A stretch of DNA of 38,499 nt, from positions 1 to 38,499 of the forward strand of contig CAZKUJ010000003.1 of assembly GCA_964555925.1 (NCBI GenBank), in the 5' to 3' direction. The stretch is from Candidatus Woesearchaeota archaeon. Its GTDB lineage: Archaea > Nanobdellota > Nanobdellia > Pacearchaeales > GW2011-AR1. Below the pieces are notes generated by a model. The model was not told the DNA's origin. It saw only the letters and a list, made by a program, of their open reading frames with translations, and did not search any database. A program made the translations under genes and the position numbers. Below, in pieces: positions 1-10,000 of the stretch (position 1 is the stretch's first letter; each line of letters opens with the position of its first letter).

Positions 1-1001
1 CCCAATTCTTTCAAGAACTTTTGTTTATTAAACAGCTCTATTTTATCGTACTCTTGACCTGTTCCAAGAAAAATTATAGGTTTTTTTGTAACGTGTCCTA
101 CAGATAAAATTGTTCCGCCTTTTTCATCAACATCTGCTTTAGTTAGAATAATTCCATCAATATTTATCGCCCAATCAAAACTTTTCACTTGTTCTATGAT
201 GTCGTTACCTGTTATCGCTTCTCCAATAAAAAATTTCAAATCTGGTTTGCAAACTCTTGCAATTTTTTCTATTTCTTTTATAAGGTTTTTAGAGGTGTGC
301 ATTCTTCCGGCAGTATCTATTAGAACAACATTTATGAAATTTTTTCTGGCGTATTGTATTGCATCAAAACCAACAGCTGCAGGATCAGAACCATATTGTT
401 GGGCAATTACATTAACTTTGAGTCTTTCTCCATGTTTTTGAAGTTGTTCTATGCTTGCAGCACGAAAAGTATCTGCAGCAGCGAGAACGCAAGAAAACCC
501 TCCCTTTTTTAGATAATGTGTAATTTTTGCAATTGTTGTCGTCTTTCCGGTTCCGTTTATTCCTGCGAAAAGAATTACATAAGGCTCTTTTGGTTGATCT
601 AAATTCTTTTCTTTTATTTTTTCGATAATATCAAATGGTTCTATAAGAATAGTTTCAATTATTCTTTTTAGACACTCTCTAATTTCAGATTCTACCTCTT
701 TTTTTAGAAATTCTTTTCCTATTATTTCCTCTTTGAGACTCTCAATGATCTTATCTGCAATTTCAAATGCAACGTTATTTTCAAGAAGAAGCATCTTTAA
801 TTCCTCTTCATAAGCTTCAAACTCTTTTTCAGAAACTTTAATTTTTCCTGCTTTTTCAGTTATTTTCTTAAAGAAACCAGATTCTTTTTCTTCTTTTCTG
901 AGTTTTACAGCTATATAACTTTTTTCTTCTTTTTCAGATTTCTTTTCTGTTGAAATCTTTTTTGCCCAATTTGTTATTTTTTCCTTTAAAAATTTAAACA
1001 T
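1..1001 (-). CDS. ftsY: SRP receptor FtsY (3' end runs off the window)
   Basis: Not in the ORF track. Manual minus-strand translation from ATG at 1001 gives MFKFLKEKITNWAKK..., with SRP-GTPase motifs GINGTGKTTT, DTFRAA, DTAGR and TKADVDEKGG. Confidence 0.95.
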   Translation of the reverse strand, partial: MFKFLKEKITNWAKKISTEKKSEKEEKSYIAVKLRKEEKESGFFKKITEKAGKIKVSEKEFEAYEEELKMLLLENNVAFEIADKIIESLKEEIIGKEFLKKEVESEIRECLKRIIETILIEPFDIIEKIKEKNLDQPKEPYVILFAGINGTGKTTTIAKITHYLKKGGFSCVLAAADTFRAASIEQLQKHGERLKVNVIAQQYGSDPAAVGFDAIQYARKNFINVVLIDTAGRMHTSKNLIKEIEKIARVCKPDLKFFIGEAITGNDIIEQVKSFDWAINIDGIILTKADVDEKGGTILSVGHVTKKPIIFLGTGQEYDKIELFNKQKFLKEL

Positions 1002-1200
1002 GTTTATAGAAATTGGAGTTAATTTATAAATTTAAACACTTTCGCTTTTTCTTCTCTTTCTAATCTATAGAGATTTAGATAGGGCGTTTTCTCTGAATTT
1101 TGCAGAAATATCAACCTCTTGTTAAGTGAATATAAATTTTTATAAACAAACTTGTTTTCATAATCCTATGGGATTATTTAGGCCAAGGAGGAGCATTTGA

Positions 1201-2562
1201 ATGAAGGGGATACTCGTGCTTCTTGATGGATTAGGAGACCTATCTTCTATTCAACTAGGAGAAAAAACCCCCTTGGAAGCAGCTGAAACTCCTAATTTGG
1301 ATTTTTTAGCAGCAAGAGGTGAGATGGGCTGTATGCATCCTGTAAAACCAGGTTTTGTACCTGAATCTGATGATGCCATCACTTCCCTTTTTGGAAATAC
1401 AATTCTTGATAGTACACGGGGGCAACTTGAAGCAAGAGGAACAGATTTAAAAATTACGAGGGGAGATTTGGCTTTGCGCGTTAATTTCGCAACAATTGAT
1501 TCTTTAAAAAACAGAAGTATAATTGATAGAAGAGCCGGAAGAACACTTACAACAGCTGAAGCAGAAATTCTTTCTAAGGCATTAAATAAAATAAAGCTTC
1601 CATGCAAATTCGTATTTAAATCAACAATTCAACATCGCGCGGTTTTAGTTCTAAAAGGGGGATTTTCAGACAATGTTACAGGAAACGATACAACTTATTT
1701 AAAAGGGGTAGTGCGAATAGTAGATAAAATAGGAAATTTTAAGGCTTTAGATGAAGAAGAAAACACACAGTATACTGTAAATATTCTTAATGAATTTATT
1801 GAAAAAGCTTTTGAGGTTCTTGATAAACACCCCCTTAATGAAGAAAGAAGAAAAAGAGGATTATTGCCTGCTAATTTTCTTTTGATGAGGGGAGCCGGAA
1901 TTGAACCACCAAAATTAAAATTTTATAGAAGGTGGCTTTCTATTGTGTATATGCCTCTTGAAATAGGTTTCTCTAAAATAAGCGGAATGACTGTCTTTTC
2001 TTTTGATTATCCAAAAATGAAAACCCTTGATTCATATGAAAATCTTTGGGATGGCTTGAAGAAAGCCTGCAATTTTTCTATTAAAGTTTTAAAAAGAAAT
2101 ATTAAAGGTTTTGATTACGCTTATATTCACATAAAAGAAACAGATACTCCCGGACATGATAATAAACCAATTGAAAAAAAATTAATGATAGAGTATTTAG
2201 ATAGAGTTTTATTTAAGTTTTTAAAAGATTTTGCAACCCAAAACAAAATAAAGATTGTTGTTACAGGAGACCACTCAACTCCATGTAAGCTTAAATCTCA
2301 TTCAGCAGACCCTGTTCCGGTTTTGTTTTATAATGATAAACCACCAAAACCAAAAAGTAAATTTTTATCATTTTTTCAGGCAGCAAATAAAAAAATTCTT
2401 TTTTCTCAAAAGAAAAATTCTCAAACTTTAGATGAAAAAACAGAAAATATGCCAAAATTAGAGCAAATTAGAGAAAAATTTTGCGAGAAAAATGCAAAAA
2501 ATGGCAATTTAGGAAGATTTTCAAGCAATGAATTGCTGGAGAAAGTAGGATTTCTAAAATAA
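1201..2562 (+). CDS. apgM: 2,3-bisphosphoglycerate-independent phosphoglycerate mutase (archaeal ApgM type)
   Basis: Motifs LDGLGD, KTPLEAAETPNLD, PESD (phospho-Ser), DRRAGR, DTPGHD, TGDHSTP and HSADPVP. SD-like AAGGAGGAG upstream. Confidence 0.92.
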   Translation: MKGILVLLDGLGDLSSIQLGEKTPLEAAETPNLDFLAARGEMGCMHPVKPGFVPESDDAITSLFGNTILDSTRGQLEARGTDLKITRGDLALRVNFATIDSLKNRSIIDRRAGRTLTTAEAEILSKALNKIKLPCKFVFKSTIQHRAVLVLKGGFSDNVTGNDTTYLKGVVRIVDKIGNFKALDEEENTQYTVNILNEFIEKAFEVLDKHPLNEERRKRGLLPANFLLMRGAGIEPPKLKFYRRWLSIVYMPLEIGFSKISGMTVFSFDYPKMKTLDSYENLWDGLKKACNFSIKVLKRNIKGFDYAYIHIKETDTPGHDNKPIEKKLMIEYLDRVLFKFLKDFATQNKIKIVVTGDHSTPCKLKSHSADPVPVLFYNDKPPKPKSKFLSFFQAANKKILFSQKKNSQTLDEKTENMPKLEQIREKFCEKNAKNGNLGRFSSNELLEKVGFLK

Positions 2563-2669
2563 CTGTTTTGAATATTGGTTGTATTTTACTATAGCAATTG
2601 TTAAAAATAGGGCAGATTTTTTAATTTTGAAACAATTTAATTACTTAAACTAACAAGAAATAAAGAAAA

Positions 2670-3224
2670 ATGATAACATATAGTGATATTTATGAGGCAA
2701 CCCGGAAAGAAAGATATTCAGACCAAATTCAACCCCTATCTAAGAATTTTGTAGCAGAGGTTTCGACATATCTACAAGAAAAAAAACAACTCTCTCTAAA
2801 AGATGACGATGTTCTTTCCGACATGATAGCTAAGACAAAAAAGCAATTAGAAAATGCTATAACTCTTTTTAGAGAATTAATAATAAGGCGTAGGAAAAAA
2901 ATACTTAATCTTGTTCTTATTGCAGCAGAAACTGGAATTTCAAAACAAGATTTTGAAAATATGCTCCCCTTTGAAAGAATTATGTTTGAAGAGCTGATGA
3001 AAAATATAGAGGTTTCTGACAAAAAGATTAATGAAATTCTGAGCAATAAAAAAGTTGAAGAATCCAAAAATGAACTTATCCTATTTAATGAAGGTGTTGG
3101 AGAATTTTTGGATATAGAAGGAGAAAAAATTGGACCGTTTGAAAAAGGTCAAATAGCAAATATACCTCGCGAAGTAGCGAAAATTCTTGTAGAAGATGGA
3201 AGAGCCGAATTTGTTGAAAAATAG
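2670..3224 (+). CDS. GINS complex subunit (Gins51-like, A-B domain order)
   Basis: Helical N-terminal part (RKER...QPLSKNF...RRRKKI) plus C-terminal B-domain GEFLDIEGEKIGPFEKGQIANIPREVAKILV. Confidence 0.8.
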   Translation: MITYSDIYEATRKERYSDQIQPLSKNFVAEVSTYLQEKKQLSLKDDDVLSDMIAKTKKQLENAITLFRELIIRRRKKILNLVLIAAETGISKQDFENMLPFERIMFEELMKNIEVSDKKINEILSNKKVEESKNELILFNEGVGEFLDIEGEKIGPFEKGQIANIPREVAKILVEDGRAEFVEK

Positions 3225-3254
3225 ATTTAAAAACTAGTCGGTCTTTTTTATAAA

Positions 3255-3563
3255 ATGGCTAATTTAGCATATCTAATAATTGTTTCGGTTTTTATCTTGT
3301 ATTATCTTTTAATTTTGTTATTTGAAAAAAAGCTTCTTTCTGATCCAAAAAACATTATAGAGAAATTTTTAGCTGTACTGTTAACTTATGTTGGTGTGTC
3401 TTTAATCTATTTTTCTTTTACAGGCAAGCCCTTCATAGGAGACGATATTAATAGTTATTATGTGTATATATTTGTGATAGGATTTATTTCTGTGATTTGG
3501 GCAATTCCTAATCTTTTGTCAGAATTTAGATTTTTTAAAAAATTTATCAAAAAGAAGAAATAA
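3255..3563 (+). CDS. Hypothetical membrane protein (about 3 TM helices)
   Basis: 102-aa ORF with three hydrophobic stretches and a basic C-terminus. Confidence 0.75.
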   Translation: MANLAYLIIVSVFILYYLLILLFEKKLLSDPKNIIEKFLAVLLTYVGVSLIYFSFTGKPFIGDDINSYYVYIFVIGFISVIWAIPNLLSEFRFFKKFIKKKK

Positions 3564-3633
3564 GAAATCTTTTAAACCCGTACTTCTCATTAGAACAATA
3601 AAAGGAATTTCGCAAAATATCCAAAGAACTACT

Positions 3634-3705
3634 GCCTGTGTAGCTCAGGGGTAGAGCGGCGCACTTGTAATGCGTAGGTCGGGGGTTCAATTCCCTCCAC
3701 AGGCT
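3634..3705 (+). tRNA. tRNA-Thr(TGT)
   Basis: Acceptor GCCTGTG/CACAGGC, anticodon arm GCGCA-CTTGTAA-TGCGT, T-loop GGTTCAATTCC. Confidence 0.96.
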
Positions 3706-3723
3706 TTGTTTTGCAAAGAGGTT

Positions 3724-4350
3724 TTACAAAATTACTTTTAATAATTTTAGTCCACGGGCGTATTCTTGCTTTTTTTCTTTTTCTGGTGTCTTAGCGATAT
3801 CTGCTTGGACTTTTTCTTTTAATTTTTCCAGCTTAAAAACTCTAATTTCACAGAACGATAAAGGATAAATCTTTTTAAGCTTAAGACTTAGGAATTTTTG
3901 AATATTATTTTTCATAAGTTCATCAAAGAGGGTTTCAACAGTTTTAGCCTTGGCGTAATTTATTAATTCTTCTCTGGCTTTTTCTCTAAGAGCTTTTCTC
4001 ACAGCCCGCGAAACCTTTTTTCTTGTTATTAGAAATGGTTTTATTCTTAAAAAAGCATCTTTGCATTCAGCTGAAAAAGAATCTTCAACATAATTTGTGC
4101 CTTTTCTGACCATTTTTCTTATAAAATAAGGCAGAACAATCAATTCTTTTGGTTCTGCTAAAGCTGAATTGTCTTTAATTTTTACATTTAATTTAAGAAT
4201 TGCTCCTTTTCCTCTCAAAAATCGTGTTAGATCATATATTATATTTCTTCCTTCTAACTCCTTTAATTCATATCCATATAACTGGGTTTCTTTCTTTATT
4301 ATTGGTATTTTTACATCAAAAAACTTTTTTCTTTTTTTTGCTTGAGCCAT
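3724..4350 (-). CDS. rps3ae: Ribosomal protein eS1 (S3Ae)
   Basis: LEGRNIIYDL, RKMVRKGTNYVEDSF and KKIYPLSFCEIR match the S3Ae family. Co-transcribed with eL42. Confidence 0.88.
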   Translation of the reverse strand: MAQAKKRKKFFDVKIPIIKKETQLYGYELKELEGRNIIYDLTRFLRGKGAILKLNVKIKDNSALAEPKELIVLPYFIRKMVRKGTNYVEDSFSAECKDAFLRIKPFLITRKKVSRAVRKALREKAREELINYAKAKTVETLFDELMKNNIQKFLSLKLKKIYPLSFCEIRVFKLEKLKEKVQADIAKTPEKEKKQEYARGLKLLKVIL

Positions 4351-4352
4351 TT

Positions 4353-4664
4353 TTATTCTTGTAGCACCTTTCCTGCTCTTTTTCCTTTTTTCTGATATTT
4401 AGATTTTCCGCAAACCTCACAGACGTAAAGGAAATTTGTTTTTTTATTAGTTTTTGTTTTTCTTTTGAATTTTGATACAGCTGGTTTAGAGCCCCATTTA
4501 CCTTTGTTCCCTATACCTCTACCGAGTCCTCTGGCCTTAGCTCTTGAGATACTCCCTCTTTTTAGAGCTCCTCTTTTCGCTCCTGTTGAAACCAACTTTA
4601 TTTTTTGCTTGGTTTTTTTATTACAGTATGGACAAAATCTATTTGTTGTTTTCGGAATTTTCAT
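4353..4664 (-). CDS. rpl44e: Ribosomal protein eL42 (L44e)
   Basis: MKIPKTTNRFCPYC...YVCEVCGK zinc ribbon, highly basic. Confidence 0.93.
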   Translation of the reverse strand: MKIPKTTNRFCPYCNKKTKQKIKLVSTGAKRGALKRGSISRAKARGLGRGIGNKGKWGSKPAVSKFKRKTKTNKKTNFLYVCEVCGKSKYQKKGKRAGKVLQE

Positions 4665-4755
4665 TATTAAATTTCTGGAATTTAATTTGACGAAATCTAG
4701 TATTTAAGTCTCTGGAAAAAAAGAAAACGAGTTTTTAAAGTCTTTTATGCCTGAA

Positions 4756-4826
4756 TGGCCCTGCCCAGGATCGAACTGGGGCTTTGTCCACGTCAAGGAC
4801 AAGGTCTACCATTAGCCTACAGGGCC
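4756..4826 (-). tRNA. tRNA-Val(GAC)
   Basis: Reverse complement: acceptor GGCCCTG/CAGGGCC-A, anticodon arm TGTCC-TTGACGT-GGACA, T-arm CCAG-TTCGATC-CTGG. Confidence 0.94.
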
Positions 4827-4934
4827 TTATTCTGAAAAAGAAGTTTATTACTTATAAAAATCTTTTTAGAGTTTTATCTTATGTTTTTTCAAAAAATTCA
4901 TAAGATTTAAATATAAGAAATCTGATATTTAGAT

Positions 4935-5150
4935 ATGAGATACAGTAGTTATAGCGCTTCTAAAAAAATAAGGGGTTTGGTTATGTTTTTATACATATTA
5001 TTCGCACTTTATTTTTTGAATTATCCTTTTGGAGTTATTGTTATACCTGAATTATTTTCTTCTGTTGAGCCGTGGATAATTTTTATCGGAGGAATTTTGC
5101 TGATTATTGGAGGATTTAGTTATTTTAAGAGAGGAAGAATGCATTATTAA
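4935..5150 (+). CDS. Small two-TM membrane protein (paralog of 13749..13949)
   Basis: 71 aa, two hydrophobic helices, TATA-like TTTAAATA upstream. Aligns with the 13749 ORF. Confidence 0.75.
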   Translation: MRYSSYSASKKIRGLVMFLYILFALYFLNYPFGVIVIPELFSSVEPWIIFIGGILLIIGGFSYFKRGRMHY

Positions 5151-5255
5151 TTGAGGGACTGAATTTTCATTTATTCTCTTTTTTATCAATAAATTTATAT
5201 ACATAATTCCCATATTTTTTTTATGAAGCTAAAAAGAGGAAAAGGGGGCTTTTTT

Positions 5256-7085
5256 ATGAAAAATTCTAAAGGACAGGTAACGATTTTTATTATCATTGCA
5301 ATTCTTATTGTGGTTGGAGCACTGATTTACTTTTTTTTAAGGGGTTCTATGACTGAAACAGCTATTCCAGCACAGATGGAGCCTGTTTATGCAAATTTTT
5401 TAGCGTGTTTAGATGGAGCAACAACTACTGGAATAAGTGTTCTGAATTCTCAAGGAGGATATATTTATCTACCAGAATTTGAACCTGGTTCTTCTTATAT
5501 GCCTTTTTCATCGCAACTTAATTTTTTAGGAAATCCAGTACCTTATTGGTATTATGTCTCTGGAAATAATTTAGAGAAAGAACAAGTTCCAACAAAAAGA
5601 ATGATGGAGGACCAACTAAGTGCTTTTATTGAGCAAAAAATAAATAATTGTGATTTTACTTCGTATTATTCAGAAGGTTTTGAAATCTCGTTAACAGAGC
5701 CAAAATCAAAAGTTACAATCAAAGAAGATAAAGTTGAAATTAGTCTAGATGCTCCTTTAAGAATTGTAAAAAACGAGGAGAGTGTTCTTGTAAGAAATCA
5801 TAAAGTTACTGTGCGTTCGAAATTAGGTTCTTTGTATGATTCTGCAAAAAAAGTTTATGATAACCAGCAAGAGACTCTGTTTTTAGAAGAGTATGGCTTG
5901 GATGTTCTATGGAATTATGCGCCTGTTGATGGTGCAGAGATTACATGTTCTCCTCTTATTTGGAAAGCAGACGAGGTTTTTGATGAATTGCAAGAAGCTA
6001 TCGAGGTAAATACTTTTGCTCTTACAACAAAAAGCGCAAGAGACGATTATTTCTTTGTTGATATTCCTGTAAAAGAAGAAGTTCGCTTTTTGAATTCAAA
6101 AAACTGGCCAAATACTTTTGAAGTTTCTCCTGCAGAAGGGAATATTCTTTTGTCTACTCCTGTTGGAAATCAACCAGGCTTAGGAATTCTTGGATTTTGC
6201 TATGTTCCGTATCATTTTGTTTATGATTTAAAATATCCTGTTATGATACAGGTTCAATCTGGAGATGAAATCTTTCAGTTTCCTATGGCTGTTATTATAC
6301 AAGGAAATAATCCAAGAGAACCTCTAGATGCTGAAGCTGTAGAAGAGGCTGATCTTGATCTTTGCAAGTATAAAAATACACAAATAACAGTCAAAGTTAT
6401 AGATAAAAAGAATAATCCAATAGAAGCTGATATTTCTTTTGGATGCTTTGCGAACAAATGCAATATTGGAAAGACATCTGATGCAGGAATGCTTGTTGAA
6501 AATTTCCCTCAGTGTGTAAATGGATATGTTTCAGCAAGAGCCTCTGGATTTAAAGAAACAAGATATTTGTTTTCAACAGTCTCTTCTGGAAGTGTAAATA
6601 TAATTATGGAAAAACTTTATTCTAAGGGAATTCAATTAAAACTTGACAGAGTAAATTATAATGGAAATGCAATAATTTATTTTATTTCAGAGGACTCAAC
6701 AAAAACACTTGTTTATCCAGAGCAAAGAATTGCAGAGCTTGGAGAAGGACAGTATGAAATTCAGGTTTATATCTTTCAAAATTCTTCAATTAATTTAGAA
6801 GGAATGACTACAGAGCAATGTTTAGATGTCCCAAGAGCAGGAATTCTTGGGGTTCTGGGATTAAAGCATGAAAGGTGTTTTGAGATTGAAATTCCAGAGC
6901 AAACTATTTCGCAGGTTCTTTCTGGAGGTGGAACGCAGAATTATTATGTTTTAGAATCAGAATTAATGAGGCCGGGTTATATTGAGATATCTACAGAAAG
7001 TATCTCAAAACCTGAAAATCTTGAGCAATTGCAAAACAATCATCTTTTATTTGAGGCTAAGAGCCTTGAAATAAAATTTTTATAA
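5256..7085 (+). CDS. Exported protein with class III (archaeal pilin/archaellin-like) signal peptide
   Basis: MKNSKG|QVTIFIIIAILIVVGALIYFF. ATG 5256 follows AGGGGG and is preferred over the track start at 5223. Several Cys, beta-rich C-terminal part. Confidence 0.8.
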   Translation: MKNSKGQVTIFIIIAILIVVGALIYFFLRGSMTETAIPAQMEPVYANFLACLDGATTTGISVLNSQGGYIYLPEFEPGSSYMPFSSQLNFLGNPVPYWYYVSGNNLEKEQVPTKRMMEDQLSAFIEQKINNCDFTSYYSEGFEISLTEPKSKVTIKEDKVEISLDAPLRIVKNEESVLVRNHKVTVRSKLGSLYDSAKKVYDNQQETLFLEEYGLDVLWNYAPVDGAEITCSPLIWKADEVFDELQEAIEVNTFALTTKSARDDYFFVDIPVKEEVRFLNSKNWPNTFEVSPAEGNILLSTPVGNQPGLGILGFCYVPYHFVYDLKYPVMIQVQSGDEIFQFPMAVIIQGNNPREPLDAEAVEEADLDLCKYKNTQITVKVIDKKNNPIEADISFGCFANKCNIGKTSDAGMLVENFPQCVNGYVSARASGFKETRYLFSTVSSGSVNIIMEKLYSKGIQLKLDRVNYNGNAIIYFISEDSTKTLVYPEQRIAELGEGQYEIQVYIFQNSSINLEGMTTEQCLDVPRAGILGVLGLKHERCFEIEIPEQTISQVLSGGGTQNYYVLESELMRPGYIEISTESISKPENLEQLQNNHLLFEAKSLEIKFL

Positions 7086-7086
7086 A

Positions 7087-10000
7087 ATGAAAAAAGAAAT
7101 CAGAAATAAAAAACAGAGAATTGTTTTGAATATTTCTTTATTTGTAATTTTCCTAGCAAGTGTTCTGCTTATTAATCTGGCTTCAGCAGAATCATATTCT
7201 CGATCAGTTACAGGATATAGCCAATATGTTGGCGTGCAATATTCTACTGGAGATACCTACTTTCCTTTTGTATATGGTGCTGACGGAAGTTTTAACAGAA
7301 ATCTTTGCCAGGCAGGACAGGATTTTCTTCTTTATGTTTCTCCTACAGGATGTATTCCTTCTGTTGTGAGAAGTGATTTGCTTGAAGAGCAAAATGTTCC
7401 TGTTTTTTGTCCGATTATGGCAACAAAACTTAATCCTTTAATAAATGTTGACGCAATAGATTATGTTTCTTTTAGAGGAAATACTCCTAAAGAAGTTTCT
7501 GGAATTGGATATTATCCTGCGCAAGCTGCATTGGGAAAAGCCGGTTTTCAGGTGACTTCTTCTTTAGCAAACAATATAGGTTATGCAGTTATTGTTTTAA
7601 AACAACAAAAAAACGAATCTGCAATGCCTAGTTTTGTTGAAGGAAATATTACTGCTGTAATAAAATACGATATTAAAAATGCGTTTGGAGTAGGACAAGC
7701 ATCATTTTATCTTCCTGTAATGAGTGACGCAGAATGGAATGAAAATTTTAAAAGATATGGTTTTTGGCAAGGAAGAGGTTATCTAAGAGTAGATTCTGTT
7801 GAAGATGATAGAGCAACAATTTCGATTTATTCAGATAGAGAAACATATAGTTTAGCAAAAACAGACAAAAAAGTTGTTGCAACTGTTCCGATTGAAATAG
7901 GAAAAACCTCAAGAGAAATACTCATGCCTGGTTTTGATTATTGTATGGGTGGTTTACAATTAAAACTTAATGGAATTGAAAATCCTGATACGATGGTCAA
8001 ATTAAATGTGAATGGAGATTATTTTGATTTAAAAAAAGGAGAGAAATTCATCGATGAAAAATGTTATGTAAAAAATCTAGATAAAAGAGGTGTTATTGAA
8101 TCAGTAGAAATAACTTGTAGAGAAGATGTAAAAACAAATACCTTTTCTCTAAGCATAAATCCAAAAATTGTGCTTGAGATGGGTGGAGTTGCAAGAAATT
8201 ATAGTCTTGGTGAGAAATTATACGCAGAGATTAAAGACGGAAAAGAAACTGGAAAATCTGTTTATCTTGTTTATGCTAGAACAAAAGGAGATACAAGAAA
8301 AGAAGAAAATCTAACGGTCACTCTTGCCGCTATTCCTGGAAATGCAGAGAAATTAAGTGATAGTGATTTAACTTCTATTGGAAAATTTTTAAATAAATAT
8401 CCTTCACCCGAAAAAAGCAGCACAATTGCGGAGAGAGGGATTAATGCACTTAAATCTGTTTTATCTGGAACAGGACTAATTCTTAGGGGAATAATAGAAG
8501 GACAAGCTTTTAAGGACATCAATGTTAATGAACCAGCAAAAGAACTTTTTGGAAAAAATATAAAACTTATTGGATTTGCAGGTGCAAGAGATGCAGATAC
8601 TTCTCGGTTTTATCCTTTATTTAAGGAATATTATGATAATGCTATGAAGGATTATAATGCGATTATAGGTAATTATCCTAGTGAAAAATATCCTCAAGAA
8701 GAGCAAATAACTTTAGGACAAAGGGCTTTAACTGAAATGATAGGTCTTGCGTATAAAGCGCAACAAATGAGAACAATTATGGATTTGTGCAGGAATTTTG
8801 AAGAAAAATATTCAAATTTTGATGTTCCAGATGTTTGCCAAGATTCTCATAAACTTTCAAGTTTTGATGCTTCTTCAAAAGATGTTGAGATTGGAGGAAA
8901 AGTTTACAGTATTTCAATGGTTAGAATTCAAGAACCTTCTTTTGAAGATTTAGGCGTAACAATTGATATTAGCGGAACATCTGTGAATTTTACTGGTTCT
9001 AGAGATTTGCGTTTGAATGATAGAGTATATGTTAATGAATCAGAATATATTTCTTTAATTGGGCTTGAAAAAGATTATGCTGTTTTTGATATTAGCGGGA
9101 TAAGTAGAGCAGCAACTACAGTTGGAAGCACTGTAAAGATAAATTTAAATTCTTATGAGCTTGTCGGAAGCAATAATTATCGTATTGGCGTAACCACAAT
9201 TAATCTTAAAAAAGTAGCAAAGGTTTCTGTTATTCCACGCATAGAACGCGAAACAACTAACGCAACATTTTCATTTAAGATAGGAATTGAAAAAAGGGGA
9301 ATACAACTTACTCCTGAAAAAACACAAGAGAGAATTGAAAAACTTAATAAAACAATTGCTCAATGGAAAAATCTAAATGAAAAATTAGGCAGCGTGGTTA
9401 AAGCAGGTAAAGCAGCATGTCTTGTTACAGGGACAGCACTTACTATTAAAAATTTCTTTGCAAATCTTAAAGGTGAAGGAATTGCAAGAGAAATGGTTAT
9501 GAGGAAATCTGGAGGATGGTTTGAATTTTGTGAGGTAGAAAAGATTAAAACAGGACAATCAGTGGACTCTTGTTTGTTAGCGAATTCTGATAAGATAGAT
9601 TCCAATGTAGAAGAAGTTACTAAAATAATACAAGAGCAAAATAACAAATACAAAGAACTTCAAGAAGGAATAACTAAGAGAACTGATTTTTTAGGAGAAG
9701 ATGTTGTTGATACAGATGCATTAATGAAAAGATTTGTTGATGAAGACCCACAGTTTAAGAATGATTTGAATAATATTGTAAATAAACTAGAGAAGGTTAA
9801 AATTAGCGGCTCTGATGTGAATGTTTCAGAGATAATTAAAGGAATCAATAGTGAAACAATTACTTTAACTCAGGCAAGAGAGATTCAATTGAATTCTAAA
9901 CTTTTGAATTCTGAAGACGCCAAAATAAAAGAAATTGCGAAAAAGAATTTAGAAGCAAGTTTAGGAGATGTTTGGGTTAATTCAAGAGATAAAATTGCCG

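Noticed and set aside
196-441. 81-aa plus-strand ORF and the many similar short antisense or overlapping ORFs in the track (e.g. 1251, 2729, 4465, 14008, 16389, 35648)
   Set aside because: They are shadows of well-supported genes on the other strand or frame, with Phe/Ser/Ile-rich composition and no motifs.
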